DNA of 54,676 bases, filler included, from Basidiobolus ranarum (taxonomy: Eukaryota), in assembly GCA_040143965.1 (NCBI GenBank). It is 4 parts of 4 records of this genome, joined end to end, with 100 filler letters (N's around TTAATTAATTAA, not from the genome) between each part and the next. Parts side by side here need not be neighbours in the genome. Positions count along the whole stretch, not along the records: positions 1 to 13,616 come from JASJQH010000473.1; 3 more parts are not named here. One strand, 5' to 3'. Both the position numbers and the translations under genes were made by a program. Below are positions 1 through 13,716 of this stretch, piece by piece. The notes under the pieces are model-generated. The model was not told where the DNA came from. It was given only the letters and a program-made list of their open reading frames with translations, and ran no database searches. Every line of letters starts with the position of its first letter. The stretch's first letter is position 1.

Positions 1-369
1 GAGAATGGATTAACCACCAAATTTTCATTCAATTGAAACAATCAATATAAAATATCGAAGTTACAAGAATTTGGATAATAAAATCCAGTTTGCTAGAAAT
101 AGGAATGAGTAAATCCTCAATTCACACAAATATGCTAAATGCTCGTGGATAATCGAACATGCAGTTATGCTGATAGTCAACATGACCCCTCTGTTGCTAC
201 AACTGACTATATATAGACAGTAAGAGATGGGGGAGTATTGAAGTGAGTAAGATAAATATTGAGATTGGGGTGATTCAATGCGATTCGATGACAATGCCGA
301 TATCTTTACTGATCCCAACGATCAAGCCAGATTTAGCACTCGGTACTACCTCGACTGTTCTTACCAAAT

Positions 370-377
370 ATGACTCA
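370..377 (+). promoter_or_regulatory. Gcn4/CpcA-type AP-1 site (ATGACTCA) about 170 bp upstream of the lysine biosynthesis gene
   Basis: Exact TGACTCA core upstream of ATG 547. Amino-acid biosynthesis genes are classic Gcn4/CpcA targets, but the motif is short and can occur by chance. Confidence 0.45.
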
Positions 378-546
378 CGACATATCTATGCTCACTCGTG
401 ATAAGTAATAGCTCCTAGCCCTAACCCTTCCCCTTCGGTTTCCCCTGCCAACTCTGGTGTAAGATAAAGTATTAGGGTTGGGATTACTCATAAGCTATAT
501 ATTCTATCATCAATCAAGAATTACTGTTTCATCTTCATCTCTCAGT

Positions 547-2011
<1,465 letters not shown>

Positions 2012-2310
2012 ATTTTATTTAACATAGATATCAGATATTTCATATAAAAAAGTGACTACTAGATCAATAAACAATTAAAACATTCACAATATCCCAAAGT
2101 CATCCGTTAGATGGATCATTAGAGAAGTTCTCTAACACGTAAGAATCGATGTTTATTCTTATCGAATGATTGATACAATTACTGGCGTTTAATCCATTAT
2201 ATTCTTCAGATTGTACTCGGAGTGTTGTACCGTTCAATAAACGTTAGATCGATGCTCTGATTTGGTATGCTTCCTAACACCTTATAGTATGATTTCACTC
2301 GAGGTGTTTG

Positions 2311-3094
2311 TTAACTACGTAATAAATCATAATGAATATCAGACTCGGTATTTCTAGAAATCCACAATGCACCAGAGCTAATATAAGAAATTCCAGTTAA
2401 ACTATTGTTCATAAATACAACATCAAGTTAGCCTTTTGGTTACTTTACCTCAACAAAATGGCTATATTTTGAACTATGGGTGCGATACCAAGGTAAAAAT
2501 AAGAAGAATCCACTCCAGGCGCAATATATTTAATACACAGAATTGCCTTTCAAAGGAGATAATTATATTAGATGTTGAGCTGCGTTTGAAAAGTACAATC
2601 AATAAACCCCACCACTGAACCAGCTATACCACCACCCATGGCAGCCATCCCTATAAAGAGCATCACTCTTGCTTTACCAACGACTCCGGAGCCACCAAAG
2701 GTCATGGAATCATCTTCAAGGAGGCTCTGATCAATGGAACTTACACTTCAAAATATTAGAAATATCCAAAAGTATGGATAACTGCGTAATATAACTTACA
2801 TGATCATACCTAAAGTAGATATAATACCAGAAATATAATCCTCGAAACCAATATATACAGGTAGTTCTTCAAATGTTGTGGACAAAATTATTCCATCAAC
2901 AAACACCCACCAACCTATAGCAAACTGAAAAGTACTAATATAAATAACCTTTAAATATCCCAACCATCAGTTCTTAAAATACAAACCAAGAACCCCGCAA
3001 TATATGAACCAAACTCTTTTTTCATAATACCCAAACCTGAAAACTTTGGAAAGTTGCAAAGGAATGGGCTCCTAGAATTCGACCAAGAATCCAT
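2311..3094 (-). CDS. VPS68: Vps68/TMEM50 (UPF0220) small membrane protein, 5 exons; absent from the ORF track
   Basis: Manual splicing gives MDSWSNSRSPF...GSYIAGFL/FAIGWWVFVDGIILS...FEDYISGIISTLGMII/VSSIDQSLL...KARVMLFIGMAAMGGGIAGSV/AILCIKYIAP...IVQNIAILLS/SGALWISRNTESDIHYDLLRS*, matching the Vps68 motif pattern. Confidence 0.85.
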
Positions 3095-3498
3095 AATATA
3101 TTGCGTTGGAGTAAGTTGTACAAGGAGAAAGTGCGAATTCTAATAAATTATGGATTTCTGCTACCTCTTAAACAACTCTATACGTCATGTTATTATTGAA
3201 CTCGATTTGATAGCCTGAAAGTTGAGCCTGTATGCTGGTGACTCCTTATATTATATATATACCAATCACTAGGAACGTTATAACGACCATACCAGAGATA
3301 AAATTGCGGTGTATGAATACTCTTTTGGTACTCATTAGAAGTTTATTACAAATTTGGCGAAATTGAAGGTTCGAAAAAATAATGTCCATTGTTAATGTCC
3401 ATAGAGAAAAAAAGTCCATAAATAAGATCTATTAAATGATCTCAAGTTTAAAAAAATGTCCTTGGGGATAATTTGGGGGAATAGTTTTAGCGCATGAT

Positions 3499-4721
3499 TT
3501 AGAAGTTGAGCTTCTTGGGTTGTTCCCAGGAGAATTCTTCACGACCAAAATGTCCGTAACAAGCAGTCTTGGAGTAGATGGGCTTGATAAGGTTGAGTTC
3601 CTTGACGATAACTCCGGGACGGAGATCCCAGTTGTTCTTGATGATCTCAAGGAGCTCGGCGTTAGTCTTGGTGCTGGTACCGTAGGTATCAACAAAGATA
3701 GAAAGGGGCTCGGCAACACCAATAGCATAGGAGAGTTGTACCAAACAACGCTTAGCTAAGCTAGCAGCAACCAAAGACTTGGCGATCCAACGAGCAGTGT
3801 AAGCAGCGGAACGATCGACCTTGGACCAATCCTTTCCAGAGAAAGCACCACCACCGTGAGCACCCCAACCACCATAGGTATCAACGATGATCTTACGTCC
3901 GGTAAGACCGGCATCACCTTGAGGTCCACCAATGATGAACTTGCCTGAAGGATTCAAGTGATAGACGGTTCTTTCATCGAGAAGATGGGCAGGAATAACA
4001 GCCTCAACAACCTTTTCCTTCAATTCACGACGAATGGTCTCGTTGTCAACTTCAGGAGCGTGTTGAGTAGAAATAACAACAGTGTCAACTCTAAGAGGAA
4101 TCATGGCACCGTTATCGTTCTTGTATTCAACGGTAACTTGGGTCTTGGAATCAGGACGTAACCATCCGAGAGTACCATCGCGACGAAGTTGGCTCATCTT
4201 GTAGTTAAGCTTGTGGGAGAGGGTGACGGTAAGGGGCATAAGCTCAGGAGTTTCGTCACTGGCATAACCGAACATAATACCTTGATCACCAGCACCGGTA
4301 TCTTCGATGGCATCACTGACTTGGACCAAACCTTGGGCAATATCAGGGGATTGTTGTTCGATGGCAACAAGAACGTTGCAGGTCTTGTAATCGAAACCCT
4401 TCTCGGAATCATCGTAACCAATGTTACGGATGGTTTCACGAATGACCTTTTGGTAGTCAATTTGAGCCTTGGTGGTGATTTCACCAAAGACCATGATCAA
4501 ACCAGTCTTAGCAGCAGTCTCGCAAGCAACCTTAGAGAGAGGATCTTGAGCGAGGCAAGCATCAAGAATAGCATCGGAGACTTGATCGCAGATCTTGTCT
4601 AATGAGGTAATGACATGTCAGTAAGGGTGGTCAACAAACAAATGTATAGGAATATCTACATACCAGGATGACCTTCGCCAACGGATTCAGAGGTGAAAAG
4701 GAAAGTATCAGCAACGGTCAT
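3499..4721 (-). CDS. SAM2: S-adenosylmethionine synthetase (MAT), 2 exons (intron 4599-4663)
   Basis: [77 protein letters not shown]. Strongly biased codon usage typical of a highly expressed gene. Confidence 0.98.
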
Positions 4722-5299
4722 TTTACGAGATTGACTTGAATGGAAAAGTCTGATACGGGTAGGTCCGCGAGTAGCATGTACTTATAAAGATTGATGAAAT
4801 TTTTTTTTCAGGCAAAAAAAAGTCGTAAATACTCACTCTGGAGGAATAGCTTAATTTGGAAAAGACACTTGGATAAATATCCTCGACAAATTGGCGATTT
4901 CTGGTAATGGGAAAATAATGCCATTGGTAACCGCGAATTCTGAAATCTGTACAACGCAAAAGCACCCAATAAAAAATAGACAACATCGCGCTAACCCTGC
5001 TTCATTTGAGATCGACAAAAAGCACATACAGTTGAGGAGATTCTGTTAACCATGCATCAGTAAACGTGTGAAGAATCTGACTTGAATTCTTACGCACAAG
5101 CATCCATGCCAACTATATATTAGCATAGATTTCCATCACTATTTCCATCACTATTTCCACTCACTTGAAAAAATATTGCGCAATTTTCTATGCTATTCTC
5201 AGATGTTCTTCGGGTCAATCTGGATTATTATGGCTATATATAGTGGGTCATGTTTACCTAACCCTAAGCATCGATAACAAATGGGTTAATGGGGCAGCT

Positions 5300-5309
5300 A
5301 TCACGTGAT
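5300..5309. promoter_or_regulatory. Cbf1-type E-box palindrome ATCACGTGAT upstream of SAM synthetase
   Basis: Perfect 10-bp palindrome with TCACGTG core about 580 bp upstream of the SAM ATG. An AACTGTG (Met31/32-like core) lies at 5342-5348. Confidence 0.4.
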
Positions 5310-8300
5310 TCTCCAAGTCCAAGCAACATTACAGTCAATACAACTGTGCAAATCATAGAAAAGTTATTTTTAGAGTACAATATTGATGCTAGGTTCAAAT
5401 GTTAGTAACCCTAAGTGAGAAATCTTAATGAGTTTAAAATATTAAGTTAGCCCATCGGTTTAGCAACTAGCCTACCTCTAAGATGCTATGCACCCAAGGG
5501 AGGTTGATAGATACTTTAGGTATCAAACATATTATAACAGGCCTAACCTCTCCTAATCCTGAGCAATATGGCAGAAAGTAGCCTCAAGTTTTACCCTAAC
5601 CCTAAATACTACAATCAACTCGCTTAATAGCTGCTTATATTTTAAAGGCATCAGAACCACAGCAATCGCTAAAATCACATAGCTCTAACCCCATTTGAAC
5701 ATGTAGCCCTGAGGATAACAAGAACGTTTCTTAAAAGCGTACAAAACAATTAAATTCAATCTGTTGTGTAAAAAAGCGACATTCAGAGAGTCAACTAATA
5801 ATGATAATATATCTCGTATACTAATTAAAACTGACAAATATGAAGTTGGAACTATCGGAACGGGTTATACCAGGTTAAATGATCTCTTGATTATAGGATA
5901 TACACAGTCTTTCCTTTGACATTCTGTTTGCATTTATCTACTAAAATGATTTGAATGTGGTATAGCATACAAAAAGCTTTGCATGTCTTACTAGTATGGA
6001 TTTAAACGAGCAATTAATCAGCGAATTACTTTAACCATTAACGACTTTGAGTTAACCACTTCTTATCTGATCATTTTGATTCCACCAGCAACATCATGCC
6101 CTTAGCCGTTCTGCATTGCTATTCAGTGATACCTTCTCCATTTGATAGGTATCTGGCAAATGATTTCTAGGAAATTGTTCAAGTACCACCATGCTCACTC
6201 AATCGACTTAGGAATGCTTGCAAAGCTAATGAAGACGAATTTGAGACTGTATTGGTTTTTACCTTCCTTGTTGTCACACCTTTCTGTGGTATCTTACTTA
6301 GACCCAGCACTAAATCAAGTTAAATGGAGCAGTTCATGCACTTAGCACCCGCCAATGCAGGATTAGATCGCAATTACCAGATATTTAATCTAGTTTTTCA
6401 TATAACTCGAAGTGCTATGTTAGTACTAGTGGATATTTTAGTATCAACGGACAAAGGATGGACTTGCCAACAATCTATAGAAAAGGTATCAGTTGTCTGA
6501 GTAGAGCAGTGGTGATATATCAGTTGCTTGAGTAGAAGAGAGTGGTGGTAATATATCAGCTGATTTGCTCAAAATAGGGTTCACAGTTAAGCTTCATTAA
6601 GTCACCTTTTTCCGAGTTATTTTCTGATTGCATCATAGAGTTCGCCCAATTGATGGGACCTTAGCAAAGTATTGAATGCCTAAAAGTGTGACTACCAAAG
6701 GCAGTGACCCCTTTTCCATCATCAAAATCTGGATGCGAAATGACGAAAGCAAAGTCCAATTAAACGGACATGCATGTCTTTGGTAATCCCAGTTGGTGAA
6801 GTTGAACCCAACTCTTTTAAAAATAGAGCATTTCAAAAAGTTCATATTCATCAAGTGATCAGCTTTCCGACATTATCAGTGGTCAGTGGTTTAATTCGTA
6901 AAACTGGTGCTATCGTTTCGTCAAAACAAAGGGGTTTCGTGCATGGTGTAGTTGCCGATCCTGTACTGTGATGTTTGGGAAGGAATCCTCCTTAATGGTG
7001 TACTTTGCTATTGAATAGTTGATTCCTTATCGGCAATGTATGTACTCGCCTTGATCGTTACTACATATGAAGCATACGGTTCGGAGTTCTTCCCCCAATG
7101 ATCGATCGGCTGGTCAAGATTATATCGTACTAAATAATCATCCTACTGTTGCTAAATAATATTAGAAATCTCCGTCATCGGCTTATCTGAGTGCCCAAAA
7201 GAAAAGTGGTTTTCGCGCAGCACTTACACTTTTCATTATAATGGTAATGAAGAACCCTCGATATTACATCGATAAAAAAGAAAATCGGAGATTATCAAAC
7301 TCCACCCAATACTTGGTTAAAGGGGTGTAAAGGGTTCACCACATGTAAAACTCCTTGATTGCAGGGTGGGTATACTTGGCCCTTTCTAAACTACATCGTG
7401 CTGGTTTTGGTCGTTATGTGGAAATTGAATTCTTGATAATGCAATTCTATCTGAGTCAAAGGGTCCGTTATCAGTTATATTTGCTTATCTATTGTGGCAA
7501 AGTGACAATACACAAAGAGATCCAAACCCGCTCATAAGACACAGTGCTATGTACCATGGATTTTGTATCACTTCTATTGCACAAGTACAAAGGTCTTGAT
7601 TCCACTTTTGGTTGGATGACGGAAGGCTAGATTTCTCACCTGTCTTGTTCAAGGGTGGTAGGACAACAGGACGGTGGAAAAGTCACCAAACATTGATCCA
7701 ACCATGCAATAACAGTAACACAACGATGCTTGATGAAGATATTGTAGTGGTGGGGTAATGGTAGGAATCTATTCAGAGATTCTATATTTGAGTAGGGTAA
7801 GCGACTCATTGAGCGCAATCAGGCCTGGATCTTGTTCTTCTCTGGAAATACGGTAGTACTACTTAAATTTGTTTTCTCCAAGTTGGATGAAAACCGGAAT
7901 AGGATTACTTCCAGCCAAGGTTCGATAACTATTTTTTCAATACAAACCATCCAAAGTTCACACTTGCTCCAAAATAGTGACGAATGGTTTCAGCTAGGCG
8001 ACGTACAATGCAGATACGATTCCGCTTTCCTGTCATTAACCATTGCGGTTGTAGTTGTGATGGGAATGAGGGGTTTTTCTTATTTGCCATCAATTTCATT
8101 GTTAAGAACTTGATTAACTTCTTGAGTAAAGTAATTAAAAAATCCATTTCATGTTCTTGGCGTCAATTAGAAATTAGAACTCTAAGGACGATTCTCATTT
8201 GATTCAGAATGAGTTGGTCATTCAATGATACTTCAAGCCCTTTTTGAGCTTGAACCAACAATTGGGACCGCTTTGTATTCTCAAAGAATGAGACAAACGC

Positions 8301-9429
8301 TTTGAGAATCACCTTTCTATATGTGTGAGTGGGTGTGGATGTGTGTGGGTAGTTTGATGACGAAAACAGTTGGAAGAATAGGCTTTCTCCAATCCAGAGA
8401 CTTTCATCTCACATAAATCGAGTAAAAATCAATTCCGAAATATGCTGATCTGGAGAATCCTCAAACTTACGGATCCCGTGCAACATAATGAATCTATAAC
8501 CAGTAAGAACTGATGGTTCAGTCTGGAGAGCAAGCCAATTCGCAAGGCAGGCGAAAGCAATATAACATCTTCGACCCTTCAATCTCATCTTCAACCTTAC
8601 TACGGAACCAAGCCAACTAGACATATGATGGGATTAGAACAAAGAACAACGGTTCTCGAATCACAGAGTGGCGAAGTGCTCAAGTGAAAAGTATCAAGAG
8701 AATATGTTTAACATACTTATGCATGTATCACCATTCTAAAAGCCAAATCAGGAAATCATTAATTAGTGGATGCCCAAACTTAGAAAAGGACACAGTGGTG
8801 TACGAATGGTCAAAAAGAAGTTGGAATTACCTAAAGACATTTTAATGATATATTTGGTGAATGAATTAAGAAAACCAATAAATTGATCTTCCGACTTTAT
8901 TATTTATATTATCTTTTGTACAATTCGCCTGGATCATCACATTCGTTACCCTCTTTGGTATATTACCAGTAACTTGGGTGTTAAGTTGCACAAATGGGGA
9001 GCACCTTATCGTCAATGTTGGCGGTATTAAAACTAAATTTGGAAAGTCAACGGTAGTGAATAGGTATGAATACAACTAGCTTACCATCTGACCAATATTC
9101 GATGACTATGGTTCCTAGATTAAGAAACATTCTGAGCACTCATTGGCTGGGATCAGAATGTGTGCTTCTGATTTGCTCGGATTTAAACATACAGCATTTC
9201 GGTATCGTTCCAAGATCCCTAATCTCAACCCTCACTGTTCCAAACTCCTATATATAGAGATCCTTCAGCTAATATTGTCTGTATCAAAGACAATTGTCGA
9301 CCTACTCATTCTTTTTTGTAATCTTTCAACTCTTCGTCCTTTTGTGTACATTTGCTCTTAGTTTGATTGCTTTTGGTGTCTCCTATTCTCGCTCTTGCCA
9401 AATCTTTGTTCACATACACACCTTAGACC

Positions 9430-11403
9430 ATGTCTTCCGAATTAGTAAACTACAACGGAGAACCTCCTAAGAAGAAGTATCGTCCATCATTAGTCTCTGA
9501 TGCGATTGAATCAGATTACATTGATGAGACTGATTTTGCTCAATATATCGATACATCTAGTTTTGACTTTACTGGGGAATCTGATTCCGCAGATATCCAG
9601 TCTCTAAAAGATGACAACATTGAATTTTCCGAAAAACCTACCAAGAAAGATCTACAAGCACAGAAATCCGCTGAGAATACAGCCACTCCGTTGGAGTCGG
9701 AAACGCTAGAAAATGTAAAGGCCTCTGAAGATCATTCAGATACAGAATTACCAGAACATGACGATGATGTCAGTGATTCTAGAGAAGACAAGAAGGATAC
9801 TGCCTCCTCAAAAAAGCGTACCAGGGCAACTGCTGAGCAACTTTCCATTTTGGAAGAGACTTTCTTGACCAACACATCTCCCAATAGTAAAGTAAGAGAA
9901 GCACTAGCTGAGCGTGTAAAAATGTCTGAGCGTTCCATTCAGATATGGTTCCAGAATCGTAGAGCAAAGGTCAAGTTAATGCAAAAGCGCTCCCATATGC
10001 TACAAGAGGAGGCTTTCAAGCAGCAATACCTTAGTACATGCATGGCCGGATATAATACCAACCTTTATCCATTCCGGATGGGTATGGCACCATATCCTAA
10101 TGGCCGTGTTCCCCTTCCACGTTCAAATACCGAGTTCATCCCTCCAAATATCCCTAGAGCCTCTCCCGTTCCTCATCCTAGTCAACATCTTGGTGTGAAC
10201 ATGTCCGGATACTATCCACCGCAATATCCCGGTCAAATACCCATAGGGTATTCTCCACAGCCATTCATGGCTGGACAAGATCATATTGGTGGTTCTATGC
10301 GTGAGAGACCAACAATGATGGTTCGTAGTATGTCAGCACCTACCACACCCAACGCTGCATCCACTGATGGTTGCTACACATTCTCATGTGATACCTTAGG
10401 TGTCGGCTCATGGAGGCGTATGTCAATAACATCCACCGATCTCATTTGCTTTTTCAATACTGTTGAGAGAAAAATGACCTGGCAAATTATGGATAACAAT
10501 GCCCGTTTCAAACTAGAGTTTCCTTTCACTGCCGTTGTTGGCCTAGAATATCAAACACTGGACGCAGTGTTTAGTCAACTTGCTATCGACATTAGCCAAA
10601 CACCCTCATTTTACATGGAAGTCAAATCTGGAAACGGTCATGTGTGGACACCTTGTCGTGATTTCACCGAAGGAAAACAGGCTTCTCGTTTCTTTAGACA
10701 CGTAATCAAGGGACACTCACAGCCACTGAAAAGCCAATTAGTTATGCTGATGCAAGCTGATCCCAATTTACAACGAGTTACTCAGATTGACGCCCCAGGA
10801 TCAACTCTATCTTCCCAAATGATCCCTGAACGTCCTCAATCGTTCCCAGTTGTTAGCAGCACCGACTCTCATGCTGCGAATATAGAATTCGCTTCTCGTC
10901 GTGCAATTTCAGTTCCTATGCTAAATATGGTAGGCCCAGGTGAAAGGCCCAGAGCAGTTTCAATGGTTTCTGAGATGGGACAGTTTGTCAGTTCAGAAAT
11001 GACTCCAGAGTTACAAGAACAGTTAATTGCCACCCTAAATCAAGGTAGTACCATCGCTATCGGATCCAACATGGCGACCCCTCCATTGGCCGAACATGAC
11101 TTCAATCAACCATCTGCATCCAATTCCCCCATTGAAAACAGCACCCCAACGCCCAGCGAACTGGTGTTGACCTCGCCACTGAGTCTATACCAGAATGCCT
11201 TGGAGCAAAGCCAGTATACCAGTTCCGCTGTTTCTAACCAGAGCACCATTGATCCTATGTTCGGAAACTTGGTACCTCAGATGCCATCTAATGATGGGCT
11301 ACTCAACTACGACCATGAAGTCTATGACCAGATTTTAGTAGGTGGTTACCAGGGTGGGTACCAGGCAGAGCTTCTGAATCAAGAATACAATGGGCAATTC
11401 TAA
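9430..11403 (+). CDS. Homeodomain transcription factor (Phx1/Hoy1/Pah1-like), intronless, 657 aa
   Basis: KKRTRATAEQLSILEETF...ERSIQIWFQNRRAK homeodomain, N-terminal PKKKYR NLS-like motif, and a downstream block (FSCDTLGVGSWRR...FKLEFPF) resembling this fungal family. Confidence 0.92.
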   Translation: MSSELVNYNGEPPKKKYRPSLVSDAIESDYIDETDFAQYIDTSSFDFTGESDSADIQSLKDDNIEFSEKPTKKDLQAQKSAENTATPLESETLENVKASEDHSDTELPEHDDDVSDSREDKKDTASSKKRTRATAEQLSILEETFLTNTSPNSKVREALAERVKMSERSIQIWFQNRRAKVKLMQKRSHMLQEEAFKQQYLSTCMAGYNTNLYPFRMGMAPYPNGRVPLPRSNTEFIPPNIPRASPVPHPSQHLGVNMSGYYPPQYPGQIPIGYSPQPFMAGQDHIGGSMRERPTMMVRSMSAPTTPNAASTDGCYTFSCDTLGVGSWRRMSITSTDLICFFNTVERKMTWQIMDNNARFKLEFPFTAVVGLEYQTLDAVFSQLAIDISQTPSFYMEVKSGNGHVWTPCRDFTEGKQASRFFRHVIKGHSQPLKSQLVMLMQADPNLQRVTQIDAPGSTLSSQMIPERPQSFPVVSSTDSHAANIEFASRRAISVPMLNMVGPGERPRAVSMVSEMGQFVSSEMTPELQEQLIATLNQGSTIAIGSNMATPPLAEHDFNQPSASNSPIENSTPTPSELVLTSPLSLYQNALEQSQYTSSAVSNQSTIDPMFGNLVPQMPSNDGLLNYDHEVYDQILVGGYQGGYQAELLNQEYNGQF

Positions 11404-11528
11404 TCGCATCAATCCTTCGATCCATTTTTGATTTTTCATACGTTTCCGCATTGAATTTTCCGATCTCCTCATTCGCCAATTAGATTTAGTATTTTTGTTT
11501 CTTTTCTCGATGTACAGTTTTGCTCCTG

Positions 11529-11583
11529 CCCTCACCCTTGTCCCTCACCCTTATCCCTCACCCTCACCCTACTCTTGCCCTTC
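11529..11583 (+). repeat. C-rich CCCTCA/CCCTT degenerate repeat in the 3' region of the homeodomain gene
   Basis: ccctcacccttgtccctcacccttatccctcaccctcaccctactcttgccctt; eight CCC tracts. Confidence 0.7.
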
Positions 11584-13616
11584 AGTTCGATTGAATATAT
11601 TTATGACTTTAACCTTTTTGATTTGTCAATTTCCTCAAAATCGTTGTATATTACTGAGAATAATAAATCCCCTTCATTATCCACAAAACTGTTCAACGTA
11701 GCACCAGAGCCTTAGTCTATTCCATAGCCCCTGTTTAAACCCCCAGAAATTGAAATAAGGCGTCATAAATGGCAGTTAATGACAAGGTGGCCAAGGTTTC
11801 ATACAGTTTGGATCGATATTGATTTAGTGTGCAAATTATGTCTGGGAGGTGTGTGAAATGAATCTATTCCCATCAATTCAATCTTCTCAGAGCTCATTAA
11901 CAAGTGTTAGGGAACATTGGTATATTAAGTGGTACTAGATGTGGTGGTTGAACTCAGAGATGAGGCGGTAAAACCACGAATGCCGAGTAGTTACTCCGTC
12001 AACATAGAAGGTTAAAGTAACAGTGATCATATGAAGGTTATGGTGTATCCATATAGCTACATGGATGCCACATTTCCAGGAGCATGGTCCCTTTTACTCT
12101 CTTAGCTCCTATCGCTCTTGGTGTTTTTTTCACTCCTATTTAACACTCCACTCCACATAGCCACAAAGTCATGGAACATTCATTTATCCCGAGAGAGTGG
12201 GATCTTTCTTACCTTGCTGGATCTCAAATGACCATCACCTGCTATAACTATAAGTAGAAATGTCTTTGGAGTCGAGCTGAGTAACGGGGCATCAGGTTCA
12301 AGTAAGACCGTGGGTTTCTTACTTGAAGTTGGGTCTAGCTTTAATGGAGCGAAAACAATGGACATTCTCTAAAGAGTATGCGAGCACTTGATGCACTCCT
12401 TGTCCTAAACCTCCCTTTTCTACATCTCATCCAATGCTTTCACACAAAGTGTTCATCGGTAATGATTTGATTTTACCAAGAACACTGGAGTGATGGTAGT
12501 GGTAAGTCAGGTCAGACTGGGTAATAATCTTTCCATATCGGTGAAGTGTTTCCTTTGGGTCTTTAAAGTGGTCGAGTAAATCAAGATGTGAGAAATCTCG
12601 TTAGTTTTAATGACATGACGATGGAGGAATACAGAAATCAGATACAAAAATCTCGATTATAATCACTATTGTATTACCTGTTTCACCTTGAACTCTCAAT
12701 CGACGTCATAAAGGGATGTTTTGTGAAACCTAGTACAAATCTATCTACTGTGAGTGGCGGTTGTGCGTGATTTCGATCAAATGAAGGAAGTAAATATAGA
12801 TTAAGGAAGCGTGCAGGTAGGTACGCATCAAAGTCGAGACTTTGTTGAACTTGGTATAGTATAGGCCTAGAATGCAAAGTGGGTTTATTCCGATCATATA
12901 TTCCCCATTTCTCTTCCAATGACGGTAATATTTATTGCTCATAAACTAGCAAGTGGCCTACTTTACTTTAAAGTGCGAAGTAATACACTTCAGGAAAGCT
13001 TTCATTCGTTCATGGTGTACTCGCTGGTTGTTTCGTGGCATCGGGATATCGGATAACATTTTCCCTAAGACTCAAGTATTTCCAGCTATTATCATTGCTA
13101 GGTTACTTCAAACCCACATCGTATTAAATACTATATTGAGCTAATTAACTGGAGTCTCACAATGTTCGCTTAATTCCAAAATGTAGTACGCATATTTATT
13201 TTTCATAAAAGAATCCTCCGTCATTGCACTTGGAATCACCACTTTGAGAGTTTTAGTTTCGTTTGTAACTCTTTGGGAATCGCCATTTCCTTGAATGATC
13301 AGACGTGGTTACGTATGTGTTCTATATATTTATCAATGTTTTGATTCTGTATCCATTTTAGGCCTTCGTTCGGGTTCAATTTTATTATAAACTTTTACGG
13401 TTAGACCGACATTGATATTTCTTTATTTTAGAGTTCAAATGAAGTATATCATTGTGCCACTAATACTTTGCCTATATTGTCTCTCATGTAAGTACCAGTT
13501 GAGAGCAATTCTCTGTTGACTACATTTGCTACATTGTCCTAGCAAGGATATTTCGGCAAACGAAGTTAAAGCCGGTAGATCTGTGGTATATATATACATC
13601 TACCGCCTTTGGTATT

Positions 13617-13716
13617 NNNNNNNNNNNNNNNNNNNNNNNNNNNNNNNNNNNNNNNNNNNNTTAATTAATTAANNNNNNNNNNNNNNNNNNNNNNNNNNNN
13701 NNNNNNNNNNNNNNNN
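13617..13716. other. Artificial contig-joining spacer
   Basis: 44 N + TTAATTAATTAA (stops in all six frames) + 44 N; identical to the two other spacers. Confidence 0.98.

Noticed and set aside
4599-4663. METTL16-type regulated 3' splice site in the SAM synthetase intron
   Set aside because: The acceptor reads CAUUAG|ACAAG, lacking the UACAGA motif.
4718-4777. 19-codon uORF whose TGA overlaps the SAM synthetase ATG
   Set aside because: Its ATG is only about 5 nt downstream of the likely TATA box (about 4782-4788), so it is probably upstream of the transcription start. It needs TSS data before being considered.
6600-8420. Possible decayed coding sequence or transposon in the intergenic region
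   Set aside because: Minus-strand frames are broken by many stops and I recognise no protein motif; cannot support a call without a homology search.
11700-13150. Short ORFs and possible relic element downstream of the homeodomain gene
   Set aside because: No recognisable domain, terminal repeats or consistent splice structure.
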